From a virus (Duplodnaviria; Heunggongvirae; Uroviricota; Caudoviricetes): DNA of 64,000 nucleotides. Within the stretch, counting starts at the first letter, position 1; the number at the start of each line of letters is the position of its first letter. A model generated the notes under the pieces. The model did no database searches and was not told the origin of the DNA. It saw nothing but the letters and a program-made list of their open reading frames with translations. The stretch is taken from the IMG/VR virus record IMGVR_UViG_3300035659_000002. One strand, written 5' to 3'. Both the position numbers and the translations under genes were made by a program. Shown in pieces: positions 10,150 to 19,003 of this stretch.

Positions 10150-10182
10150 CGATCAGAAATAGATAAACATTTTTGTTAAAAA
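10150..10182 (-). promoter_or_regulatory. conserved promoter-like motif (minus orientation)
   Basis: TTTTAACAAAAATGTTTATCTA lies ~30 nt before ATG 10130. Confidence 0.4.
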
Positions 10183-10183
10183 A

Positions 10184-10690
10184 TCAGGATTCCAATCGTT
10201 GAACGTCATAACCCTTGCGATTGGCAATGCTCACGAGTTCTTGATAAATTGACGGTGTGACCTCGCCCCTGGCAAGAATCCACAAATATCTTTTGCTACT
10301 ACTACCAACGATAGCATACTGATAATTCTGGTCAACGAACTCGATAATATAATCAGCCTTGGGTTGTAACCAAAAAAATTGCACGAGCAACGTGTTTTTT
10401 TTGTCAGAGGGAAATGCTTTACCCATTTGAATTTTCCGCGTGCCATCGGATCGCGTACCTGCATTCTTTACCTCGATATAACCGTCCATCATCGTGTATT
10501 CTGCTGTGACCTTGGATAATCCACGTTGAAACCATGCAGGAAACGCGGCCACTTGATGCCATACTTTTTCACGTTTGTTTAATCCGGTGCCAATATAGTT
10601 ATCGAGATTGATAGATTGCACTTTAACAAGTGCAGAATTAGATTTGTTTGGTCGTGCTTTACCAACCGTCCAAATATTAATCCCTGGCAT
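10184..10690 (-). CDS. Lipocalin-family protein (bacterial Blc-like)
   Basis: C-terminal YQYAIVGSSSKRYLWILARGEVTPSIYQELVSIANRKGYDV resembles the Blc/lipocalin_2 signature (DYxYAlVGxPdRxYLWILSRtP...GfD). Confidence 0.5.
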   Translation of the reverse strand: MPGINIWTVGKARPNKSNSALVKVQSINLDNYIGTGLNKREKVWHQVAAFPAWFQRGLSKVTAEYTMMDGYIEVKNAGTRSDGTRKIQMGKAFPSDKKNTLLVQFFWLQPKADYIIEFVDQNYQYAIVGSSSKRYLWILARGEVTPSIYQELVSIANRKGYDVQRLES

Positions 10691-10807
10691 GATCGTTCAC
10701 GGTATTTGTCCAAGCATCCCGCTAATTTGGGCCTGGATATATTGGTATAGGAAATATCCACCAATGCACGCTGCAAAGAACATGATCAAGAAAAACACCA
10801 GGATGCC

Positions 10808-10975
10808 CGTGTTCAGTTTAACCAATGATTCCATTGATCGGTTTTTCTTTTTTGTTGGCATGATGTTTCACGCAATCACAATAAATAATTTCAAGCATGT
10901 TGCCATAAGGATCAGTTTTCATGTATTTGATACCACTATCGCCGCACTTGTTACACATTATCAATTCACTATTGA
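10808..10975 (-). CDS. small zinc-ribbon protein (56 aa)
   Basis: Manual translation MCNKCGDSGIKYMKTDPYGNMLEIIYCDCVKHHANKK.... Below the ORF-track cut-off. TATA-like TTTTAAAT sits ~27 nt upstream of the ATG. Confidence 0.25.
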
Positions 10976-10991
10976 ATCATTTAAAACCTTA

Positions 10992-12308
10992 TTAGTCAGG
11001 ACGGGTAAATAAAAGCCAATTTGGGCCTATATAGGTCAATGCACAAAGCCCCGTGGCTGATATGGTTAAAACATTTGCGTCCGCGCTAGCCGTGCTAGGA
11101 TCATTCATTCCCATTGACACGGTAATTACTTGAGGAACATCGGTTACATATACATCATAAGCGGTTAATCCGTTAAACATGAAAATTGCCATTGCCGTTG
11201 GAAAAGATGTAACTGAAAATGAAACGGTTGATAGAACACATGTGAATCCCGGCATTGCATTGGACCAATATATTAATACATCGTTTTCATTAGGAGGGTT
11301 TGGTGAAACGGGAAAATTCACAACCACGTTGACACCATCTGATCCTATCATGAAATCCTCGCCAATGGCAGCCACGGAATAAGAATACTCTCCCGAACTT
11401 TGAATCGTGTCGGTATAAGAAATCACATTACCTAACGATGCAAGTAATACCGCTCCCTCGGAATTGCTTGCACGATATACCTCGTAAGATGTCGCTCCCG
11501 GTGTTGCCGTCCATTGAAGATAGAAAATTCCATTCGTTGATGTTACAGGAGAAACCGTTAATTGTGGCTGCTTCGGTATCACGTTCACGGTGACGACATT
11601 GGATATCGGGCTGTCGCCACCGAGGTTGTAAATTGCCACGGCATAATAATACGTGCCTGGGATAACCATGTCCCATGAATTGTATATGTTAGGTTGATCA
11701 ATATTATAAATCAATTGTGCTTCCGATGCTTTCGAGAAAAACATGGTCGAGCGGTAGACCCGCGTTTGTAATGAAGGATCTGCCGTCCAGGATAGTAGAA
11801 TGATGGAATCTGTTTGCGAGTACGGGAGTTCATTTAGAAACGGAGCAGCTGGAGGATATATCGTTACTATGCCTCCTATATCAATACTACCGGGGATGGT
11901 AACGGTAACAGAAACCAAGTTTGAGAATGGGCTTTCTCCTATCGTGTTACTCACGGTCACAGCATAATAATACAAGCCATTTTTCGTGATCGTGTCCTTG
12001 TATTGATTTGCTATCACGTTATCTAAATATCCAATTAATTCAGCTTGAGATTTATCGGTGAACTCGACGTTTGATCGATAAACACTTGCAATCGTTGTGG
12101 GGGCTGCTTGCCATGTTAAAAAGATTATTCCTGTTTCTGACGTGAACGGTAGATTATCAAGGGTCGGCGCATTAGGCAATCGATCTTGAATGATATTATC
12201 CGGTGGAGTTATCACTTCAGCTTTTGGCCAAAGCACGACGGTTAAACTCGCCCCTGCAATCAATCCGATAATCACGAGAACATATATTAATCCTTTTTTC
12301 ATGATCAT
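10992..12308 (-). CDS. Membrane-anchored FN3-repeat protein (paralog A)
   Basis: N-terminal TM helix. Repeated FN3 signatures (LTWQAAP...VYRS, YYYAVTVSNTIGESPFSN, FYLQWTATPGATSYEVYRA). Conserved C-terminus TISATGLCALTYIGPNW. Confidence 0.6.
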   Translation of the reverse strand: MIMKKGLIYVLVIIGLIAGASLTVVLWPKAEVITPPDNIIQDRLPNAPTLDNLPFTSETGIIFLTWQAAPTTIASVYRSNVEFTDKSQAELIGYLDNVIANQYKDTITKNGLYYYAVTVSNTIGESPFSNLVSVTVTIPGSIDIGGIVTIYPPAAPFLNELPYSQTDSIILLSWTADPSLQTRVYRSTMFFSKASEAQLIYNIDQPNIYNSWDMVIPGTYYYAVAIYNLGGDSPISNVVTVNVIPKQPQLTVSPVTSTNGIFYLQWTATPGATSYEVYRASNSEGAVLLASLGNVISYTDTIQSSGEYSYSVAAIGEDFMIGSDGVNVVVNFPVSPNPPNENDVLIYWSNAMPGFTCVLSTVSFSVTSFPTAMAIFMFNGLTAYDVYVTDVPQVITVSMGMNDPSTASADANVLTISATGLCALTYIGPNWLLFTRPD

Positions 12309-12416
12309 GATCTTGATTAAACAATTGAATATTAAATGAATGAACCGCTATACCAATATAAAAATCTTTTCTCCCAATTATACAGATTAAATGATAAATA
12401 AAAAAAGAATTGTTGA

Positions 12417-13538
12417 TTAGATGCTAATTTTGAGAACTTCAGCCGTCATTAGGTCTTTGAAATTAGGTGAAACGCCTTGAACGGTCATATACCATGCATT
12501 CTTAACACTTGATTTAAACAACCAACAAATACCGTCGTTCAAGTTAATCCCTCCAGCCATGTGCCATCCGTTGGTCGCCACGAATACACAACCCGTTCCA
12601 TCGGCAAGATATAATGATGTCGTTATACCGAGCTTGATTCTTAAATCATCATCGGATAGCTTTACCCTAAACGCGGAAGGGCTTGTATATTGGGTCGTTA
12701 TCGTGTAATCAGGTTGGACAGCTAATGTACCATCATAAATCAATGCGGGATACCACATTGATGCATCAATGGATTGAACTCGATCCGTTGGTGTAAGAAT
12801 GAATGCGGCCAAATTCACGACGACAGATGCAACATTAGACATGGCACTTGCCCCCGCATCGTCTAGTGCAACCACGGCATAATAAAATTCTCCTGAAATG
12901 AGGAATTGAGTAGTTATGTATAACCCTTGGCCTACCGTCAGCGTCATTAAAAGAGATGCACTAACAACGTCCGTGAAAAATACATCAGAACGATAAATCT
13001 TGTAGCTCGTTGCTTCGGGAGATTCCGTCCATGCAATCTTGACCGTTCCATCCGTCGATGTTTGAGGGGTTATCGTCACGAATGGTGGTGTCACGGTTGC
13101 CATGCCTACCGGGGGCTTGCTCACGGTCACGGAGACCACGTTCGATAAGTCGCTATCTCCTATCGCATTGCTCACGACCACGCCGTAATAATACATGCCA
13201 TCATCGGCAACCGTATCCGTGTAGGTAAATGCTTGCACGTTCGGATCATTCAAGGTTGCGATCAATGTCGCTTGCGACGCGGCCGAGAACTCGGCACTAG
13301 CACGAAAGACCTTTGTTGATAAAGATGGTTCAGCTTGCCAATTCAATTCGATGACACCGGATGTAGAAGTCATCAGAATAGTGTTTAATGTCGGAGGGTT
13401 TGGTACTCGGTCTTGAACGATGTTATCCCGTTGCGTTGTTGGCTTCGGGAGAAACGCTAGGGTTAACCCGATAGCAGCTCCCACCGCGATCAAGATCAAG
13501 ATGAACGCAATTCCTTTTCTACCTAATTTGAGATTCAT
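12417..13538 (-). CDS. Membrane-anchored FN3-repeat protein (paralog B)
   Basis: TM anchor followed by ELNWQAEPSLSTKVFRAS, YYYGVVVSNAIGDSDLSN, VKIAWTESPEATSYKIYRSD. Confidence 0.6.
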   Translation of the reverse strand: MNLKLGRKGIAFILILIAVGAAIGLTLAFLPKPTTQRDNIVQDRVPNPPTLNTILMTSTSGVIELNWQAEPSLSTKVFRASAEFSAASQATLIATLNDPNVQAFTYTDTVADDGMYYYGVVVSNAIGDSDLSNVVSVTVSKPPVGMATVTPPFVTITPQTSTDGTVKIAWTESPEATSYKIYRSDVFFTDVVSASLLMTLTVGQGLYITTQFLISGEFYYAVVALDDAGASAMSNVASVVVNLAAFILTPTDRVQSIDASMWYPALIYDGTLAVQPDYTITTQYTSPSAFRVKLSDDDLRIKLGITTSLYLADGTGCVFVATNGWHMAGGINLNDGICWLFKSSVKNAWYMTVQGVSPNFKDLMTAEVLKISI

Positions 13539-13641
13539 GATAACATGCCTTTTTGATTCATTTGAATAATGTGTAAAGAACCCGTCTTGCCGATATAAAT
13601 GGTTTTCCCTGGGTTATAGGAAAATAAAAGAAAAAAAGAAT

Positions 13642-14706
13642 TTAACCACCAGGACGAACATACAGATACCAATTCGGGCCGATGAATGTCAAAGCACAAA
13701 GCCCATTGGCAGAAATTGTATAAACACCGGATTGGGTACATGCCTTGTAATTAATTAATTCCACGCCTGTTTCCATCACTCCTTTAACATCATAATCAGT
13801 TATTTGATATATCTTTAACTCGCCCAATATTCCGAGCATCGACGGGGAGCTAAATGATGACAAGGAAAACGAAATAGCTGATTGACTAAATGCTATATAG
13901 CTTTGGATTTTGAGTTGCCAATATGCTATGACATCGGAAACAGGAACATTAATCACCACGTTGTTGTTCCAAGTATTTGAGATGGCACTTTGCGTACCTT
14001 CACTATTAATGGCAACCACGATATAATAATAAACCCCCGGAAAATTAATCTGGTCGGTATATCTAAACAAAGGAGCTGGAATGCCTGGAGAAAAATCATC
14101 TCCCTCTGAAACTGCGCTACTCAATATTGATGTGAGGAATGCGGCATCAGCAAAAGTATGAATATAATTGTCCGAACGGTACACGTCATAACGAACCGCT
14201 TGTGGTGATTTGGTCCAAGCGATATGCACGATTCCATCCGTCGAAGTCGCAGGGGTTACTAGAACAGCAACCGGAGCTATTGCCACATACGGGAATGTCA
14301 CGGTTACACTTACCACATTTGAAAGGCCGGTAGTATCAGCATAGGTTCTCACGCCAATGGCATAGAAATATATACCATCAACCGAAACTATATCCGTGTA
14401 TGTATAATGCCCCGGTTCAACAAATGCTGCAATTATCGCTGCTCCTGATTGAGTCGTGAACTCGTGATTTGAACGGTAGATCCATGTACCTGGGACTTCC
14501 TCGCTTTGCCATGTTAGGGTAATAATACCTGTTTCCGATGACGGGGATAAATTGTCCAAGGTAACAATATAGTTTTGTTCGATATGATCTGGTGGATTTA
14601 TCGTTTCTGTTTTTGGAAGTAATGCCATCGTGATACCGATAGCTGCCACTATAGCAATAACCACGAGAATGAATGCTTTTCCTTTTCTTGATATTTGGAT
14701 GGTCAT
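13642..14706 (-). CDS. Membrane-anchored FN3-repeat protein (paralog C)
   Basis: Real start MTIQISRKGKAFILVV at 14706 by alignment with paralog B. IYFYAIGVRTYADTTGLSN, YYYIVVAINSEGTQSAISN; C-terminus TISANGLCALTFIGPNW. Confidence 0.55.
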   Translation of the reverse strand: MTIQISRKGKAFILVVIAIVAAIGITMALLPKTETINPPDHIEQNYIVTLDNLSPSSETGIITLTWQSEEVPGTWIYRSNHEFTTQSGAAIIAAFVEPGHYTYTDIVSVDGIYFYAIGVRTYADTTGLSNVVSVTVTFPYVAIAPVAVLVTPATSTDGIVHIAWTKSPQAVRYDVYRSDNYIHTFADAAFLTSILSSAVSEGDDFSPGIPAPLFRYTDQINFPGVYYYIVVAINSEGTQSAISNTWNNNVVINVPVSDVIAYWQLKIQSYIAFSQSAISFSLSSFSSPSMLGILGELKIYQITDYDVKGVMETGVELINYKACTQSGVYTISANGLCALTFIGPNWYLYVRPGG

Positions 14707-14836
14707 GATAATATACCTTTTCGATTCACTATAATAATGTGTGAATACCCCGTCTTGCCCATATAAATGGTTTTCTCCAAAAACCACGTAATCTTCTTAT
14801 ATGCCTTGAAAATATGTTATGGCGAGGTGAATCAAT

Positions 14837-15277
14837 TTGTATGTCTATCGATCATCTAGCCATAATGGTGACGGATGCACGAGCTTGATTGTTGTTATTG
14901 CTATCATCGCCGGTATCGTTGGTTGGATTGGTTATCAATCACTATCGCATCCTCCAATCACCACGGAGTACACGGGCATCGTGAATGAAGTACAATCAAC
15001 CTCTACATTTGGAATACATTCATGGTACGTGAAAATAGGAGATACTAGCATCTATTATCAATCCTATTATGAAATTAAAACTTTCAAGTTTTCCTTGACC
15101 CTGGGCAATGGCACGATATATAATTGCCAAAAGATTTATGTGGCAAGAACTAGTGCTATTCCATTGGATAGAACCTATGTCACGGAAAATATCTTTAATG
15201 GTTGGAACATTACCGTTGGTGGATCATGGGATCGACCTAACAACATGTTCCTGATCAATACCTTGGTCAAAAACTAA
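14837..15277 (+). CDS. small membrane-anchored protein
   Basis: 146 aa with an N-terminal hydrophobic helix. Confidence 0.4.
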   Translation: MYVYRSSSHNGDGCTSLIVVIAIIAGIVGWIGYQSLSHPPITTEYTGIVNEVQSTSTFGIHSWYVKIGDTSIYYQSYYEIKTFKFSLTLGNGTIYNCQKIYVARTSAIPLDRTYVTENIFNGWNITVGGSWDRPNNMFLINTLVKN

Positions 15278-15320
15278 TTTATTTTTTTATTATTTTTTTA
15301 TAAAAATGTTTGATGGATAA

Positions 15321-16439
15321 TTACCACCAACATAAGGTTGTCATGCCCCAGGTTAATTGCATGTTGATGATGCTATTCCCTGACACGTACCAATATCCAT
15401 AGTATGTCGTGAGGGTTGCCAGGAGGTCATGGATAATAAATGCCATGCATGTTGAATTAATCTTGTATCGTTGCATGTTATAGTTATTGTTGTTCTTCAC
15501 GCGAAAATCAGTTATTCCAATGGCATTCCTAAATACAATTTTGATTTCTATATTCGTTTCCTCTTCCCGAGAATAATCAAAGGTGGGAACATACCCACAT
15601 CCTGGTTCTGATTTATTTGCCCCCACGATAATGGTGATATTCTCCCCGGTGCCTTTGGCAGGATCGACCGATGTTAAATTCATGAACAGGATGCTCATTC
15701 CCGAGCTTGATGGCAAGGCGAAGGTCACGAGGTCATTCGATGTATCCGGTCGGATCTGCGCCCAGCGCGTGTAGTAAATCTTGTTGCCTTCTTCATTCGT
15801 TCCATTGTATTCGATGAAATAAAACTCATAGCCATAATCATCAAAATCAAAATATTTCAAATGATGTATTCCTTCAGAAGTTTCGAGAAGGACAAATCCA
15901 CTGAAGTCACACGGGTCATCGTTCACGCCATAAAGCTTGTAACCGAAATAATACTCGTCTAATTCATCACCTGATAATCCATCAGAAATCGTGACCGAAA
16001 ATTCATGTGGCTGATATGGCATTGGTGGCCCTGGATATGGAATATAACACATTGCTACCAAGATCACAGGAATTAATACTCCGATAGCAAGGGTGGCTAA
16101 AATCTTTTCTTTGCGTTGTTGTTTTTTGCGATAACGTAGGTTTTCGGTTTCATGTCGTGTTAATCGTGAACGTGGATGTGAACGTGGATGTGGATATGAT
16201 ATTATCAAGTCTTTATCAAGATCGTGAATGACATCTGAATCGGCCATCTCCTCCAATTCAGGTAGCTTCTTAAGATCATCTTCATCTATTTCTATTTCAC
16301 GACGGGAAGGCCTAGTATCTGGAGGACCAGGATATTCCTTTTCAACAAGCTTGGCATCGTGTTCCTTGCTTCCAGCTTCCCATTTCTTGAATTGCTCGTC
16401 TAGCTCGTCAATCTTTTTATCAAGATCCTCATCGGGCAT
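15321..16439 (-). CDS. single-pass membrane protein with acidic N-terminus
   Basis: 372 aa: D/E-rich N-terminal region, one TM, C-terminal ectodomain. The ectodomain is paralogous to 17243..18214. Confidence 0.45.
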   Translation of the reverse strand: MPDEDLDKKIDELDEQFKKWEAGSKEHDAKLVEKEYPGPPDTRPSRREIEIDEDDLKKLPELEEMADSDVIHDLDKDLIISYPHPRSHPRSRLTRHETENLRYRKKQQRKEKILATLAIGVLIPVILVAMCYIPYPGPPMPYQPHEFSVTISDGLSGDELDEYYFGYKLYGVNDDPCDFSGFVLLETSEGIHHLKYFDFDDYGYEFYFIEYNGTNEEGNKIYYTRWAQIRPDTSNDLVTFALPSSSGMSILFMNLTSVDPAKGTGENITIIVGANKSEPGCGYVPTFDYSREEETNIEIKIVFRNAIGITDFRVKNNNNYNMQRYKINSTCMAFIIHDLLATLTTYYGYWYVSGNSIINMQLTWGMTTLCWW

Positions 16440-16582
16440 GAATTCATCACTCTCGAAACATCATCGTGCCATTTCATTTAAACAATTTTGTTAAAGGGTT
16501 TTAACAATATTATTTAAATCCTTGCTATTGCATCACCAATAACGGTACTCGATAAATATAACTAACCGAGGTTGAAAATAAA
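16440..16582. promoter_or_regulatory. divergent promoter region carrying two copies of the conserved motif
   Basis: atttaaacaattttgttaaa at 16476-16495 (minus orientation) and ttttaacaatattatttaaat at 16499-16519 (plus orientation). Confidence 0.45.
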
Positions 16583-16894
16583 ATGAACCAATACGATCTT
16601 TTGCTTTTGCTAACCATAATCATGACCCTGATCGTTTTTTCCACAGCGTTAGTTCCTGTTGTCATTGAATGGAATCGTTCCCGAGAAGAATACAAGGTTT
16701 GGAAAATCATGAAGCAAGAACTAGGCACGTCACCTACTCCCGAGCAATTTCATGCTTTTATTGAGAAGCATCCCAAGTTTCATTCTGCCATGTACCGGAT
16801 TTCGGTCAAGATGGAAATGGCATCATTGGCCAAGGATTTGATGCAATCACTACGAGACTTGTTAAAGAAAATGCAAGAGGACATGGATGAGTAA
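16583..16894 (+). CDS. hypothetical protein
   Basis: 103 aa. GAGGT lies 11 nt upstream of the ATG. Confidence 0.45.
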   Translation: MNQYDLLLLLTIIMTLIVFSTALVPVVIEWNRSREEYKVWKIMKQELGTSPTPEQFHAFIEKHPKFHSAMYRISVKMEMASLAKDLMQSLRDLLKKMQEDMDE

Positions 16895-16973
16895 TCATGC
16901 CTGAAAGCGTCGAACGTATATTTTTTCCCGTATGCCCCAGATCGATTTATCACGAGCATTTGATACATGATGG

Positions 16974-17240
16974 ATGTGCATGATAGCGTTACAGAACCGA
17001 TACAGTTCTTTGAAAACAAGGAGAATGATTCAAATGCAGAAAAAAAATGATCGGGAAGATTATTGGTTGTTTTTAATAATGTTAATTGTTTTTCATGCCT
17101 TGATAATCGGTACTATAATAGAATATGGTTTGAATGTTGCATTAACCATGTTTTTAATATTGTTGCTTCCACTTTTATCTGTAATGATTCCCATTGTATC
17201 TAACATGTATAAACAATTGAAGAACAAAGAGAATGATTAG
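16974..17240 (+). CDS. small membrane protein
   Basis: 88 aa with two hydrophobic helices. Confidence 0.3.
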   Translation: MCMIALQNRYSSLKTRRMIQMQKKNDREDYWLFLIMLIVFHALIIGTIIEYGLNVALTMFLILLLPLLSVMIPIVSNMYKQLKNKEND

Positions 17241-17242
17241 AA

Positions 17243-18214
17243 ATGCCCGCACGACCACCAACCATTAGGCCCGCATCACGTCCGGCCTTCCGGCCCCCCG
17301 TGAGCCATTCGACCCCGCCGAGCATCAGGCCCTCGACACCCCCACCATCTTTCAGGCCGCCGGTTCATCATGACAATCCACCGTCCCGGCCTCCACCCCC
17401 GCCGACGGTAATCCACCGGCCATCAATCCCGCCGATTGTTACCACTGCGATCATCATCAATTCGATGACACATCAAGATCCACCCGTGCATCAAAGCGAA
17501 CCCGTGCATCAAGATGAACCCTTGCATGAATCGGACGACTTCAAGGAAACAGCATACGAGCAACCATTACCACCTCCGTCCAAGTGTTGCCGGTATTGTG
17601 GCGAGGCGATCACGTCAGGAGACATTTGCCCGAAATGTAAATTAACACACGATGAACAGAAGTACCCGAATGATGATGTTATAGATCGGGATTATGACGA
17701 TGACCATGATCAAGAAAAGTCAAAATACATGCATCATCTTGCATCCCCAAATTATTTTCACGAATCTAAATCACGTTACCTGTGTCATCGAGGAATGTCC
17801 AATGAAAAGAAAATGATGTATGCCATTGCCATAGCGGTCGGACTTCTCATGCCGATAGCATTCGTTTACATGATGCCATACTTGTTATACATGCCTTCAA
17901 CCGTGGCCTACAAGCATGGACCATTCCAGGTGAACTCCCTTCATTTCGTGGACGGGAACGATGGCACGGAATATGCGGGGGTTGAATATTTTGAACTTTA
18001 TGTCTCCAATAATTCCGAACGATATGATGAATATAATTTCATCACCAACGGAACGGGTTCAGTTTCCCAGGTTCTTGCCGCTCTTGCAAGCATTCCTGAA
18101 TCGGAGTATTATTTACAAGTCGTTCTATATTCCGATGGCTATGCTCCTTACGGCGATAGCTGGGACATCATTACCACCGGCAATAATTGGATCTATCTTT
18201 ATCCCATTCCATGA
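17243..18214 (+). CDS. Pro-rich single-pass membrane protein with zinc ribbon
   Basis: RPPTIRPASRPAFRPP... low-complexity Pro tract, CCRYCGE...CPKCK, TM segment. The ectodomain is similar to the 15321..16439 product. Confidence 0.5.
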   Translation: MPARPPTIRPASRPAFRPPVSHSTPPSIRPSTPPPSFRPPVHHDNPPSRPPPPPTVIHRPSIPPIVTTAIIINSMTHQDPPVHQSEPVHQDEPLHESDDFKETAYEQPLPPPSKCCRYCGEAITSGDICPKCKLTHDEQKYPNDDVIDRDYDDDHDQEKSKYMHHLASPNYFHESKSRYLCHRGMSNEKKMMYAIAIAVGLLMPIAFVYMMPYLLYMPSTVAYKHGPFQVNSLHFVDGNDGTEYAGVEYFELYVSNNSERYDEYNFITNGTGSVSQVLAALASIPESEYYLQVVLYSDGYAPYGDSWDIITTGNNWIYLYPIP

Positions 18215-18232
18215 AAACCGAAGTGAATGAAC

Positions 18233-18406
18233 ATGGCACGAAAGAAAGAGAAACGAGTATATCTCACTCCCATGGGAAAGATCGTCGCAATGGGCGAAAT
18301 ATCATTACGAATGCGGGAGACCGGCAAGACCGCTCAACAAGTAATGGACGACAATGAACGAGAAATACAAAAGAAAATGGAGAACGATGATCATGAAAGG
18401 AAATGA
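18233..18406 (+). CDS. small hypothetical protein (57 aa)
   Basis: Manual ORF MARKKEKRVYLTPMGKIVAMGEISLRMRETGK...; below the track cut-off. Confidence 0.2.
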   Translation: MARKKEKRVYLTPMGKIVAMGEISLRMRETGKTAQQVMDDNEREIQKKMENDDHERK

Positions 18407-18548
18407 CGTGATACTCTGGATTGGAACGATCTGCTTGTGTATCAATATTATCTTTATATTATTGGATGGCATGAATGTTATCAATACCATCGGAGTAATA
18501 TCGGGCATCCTTTGTGTTGTCTCTGCATTATCAGAACAGATCGATTGA
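18354..18548 (+). CDS. small membrane protein
   Basis: 64 aa, hydrophobic. Confidence 0.3.
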   Translation: MNEKYKRKWRTMIMKGNDVILWIGTICLCINIIFILLDGMNVINTIGVISGILCVVSALSEQID

Positions 18549-18627
18549 TTGTCTTGTTTCTTTTTTTTTTCAACAAGCCATGTTATCACCTTACCTTGTT
18601 TTAGGCAAACGGGCTTTTTTTTATCGG

Positions 18628-18647
18628 TTTAACAAAATGATTTAAAT
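18628..18647 (+). promoter_or_regulatory. conserved promoter-like motif TTTAACAAAATGATTTAAAT
   Basis: The TATA-like box lies ~25 nt upstream of ATG 18668. Confidence 0.45.
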
Positions 18648-18667
18648 TTTTGGTAAAGGTATAAAGT

Positions 18668-19003
18668 ATGATTATTATGCCTGTAGATACATCAAACCTT
18701 TCAAAAACTGAAAAACAATACGCTGCTCCTACCCTGGTTATTATTCACGATAAGAATGTTCCTATCGAAGTAATGCGTGGCCTTCTATTCTTCTTTGAAG
18801 GAAAAATTAATTGTAATAAAGACAAAGATGAGATACGTCGGGAGCTACGTAGGTATTTGAAATATGAAGGCAATACCGAGAAATTGGTTGATGCCATCAA
18901 GAAAACCATATTGGGAGAACCTGAATCCAATCAGAACATTAGTTCGGAATCAATGTTGGATTCAAATCCTGTTATTGGAAAAATAATTGATTCCCATGAT
19001 TAG
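18668..19003 (+). CDS. hypothetical protein
   Basis: 111-aa ORF immediately after the promoter motif. Confidence 0.45.
   Translation: MIIMPVDTSNLSKTEKQYAAPTLVIIHDKNVPIEVMRGLLFFFEGKINCNKDKDEIRRELRRYLKYEGNTEKLVDAIKKTILGEPESNQNISSESMLDSNPVIGKIIDSHD

Noticed and set aside
10608-11012. Plus-strand 134-aa ORF 10608..11012
   Set aside because: It overlaps the lipocalin gene's end and the candidate 56-aa zinc-ribbon gene on the opposite strand. It is hydrophobic low-complexity sequence without an RBS. It is likely an antisense artefact.
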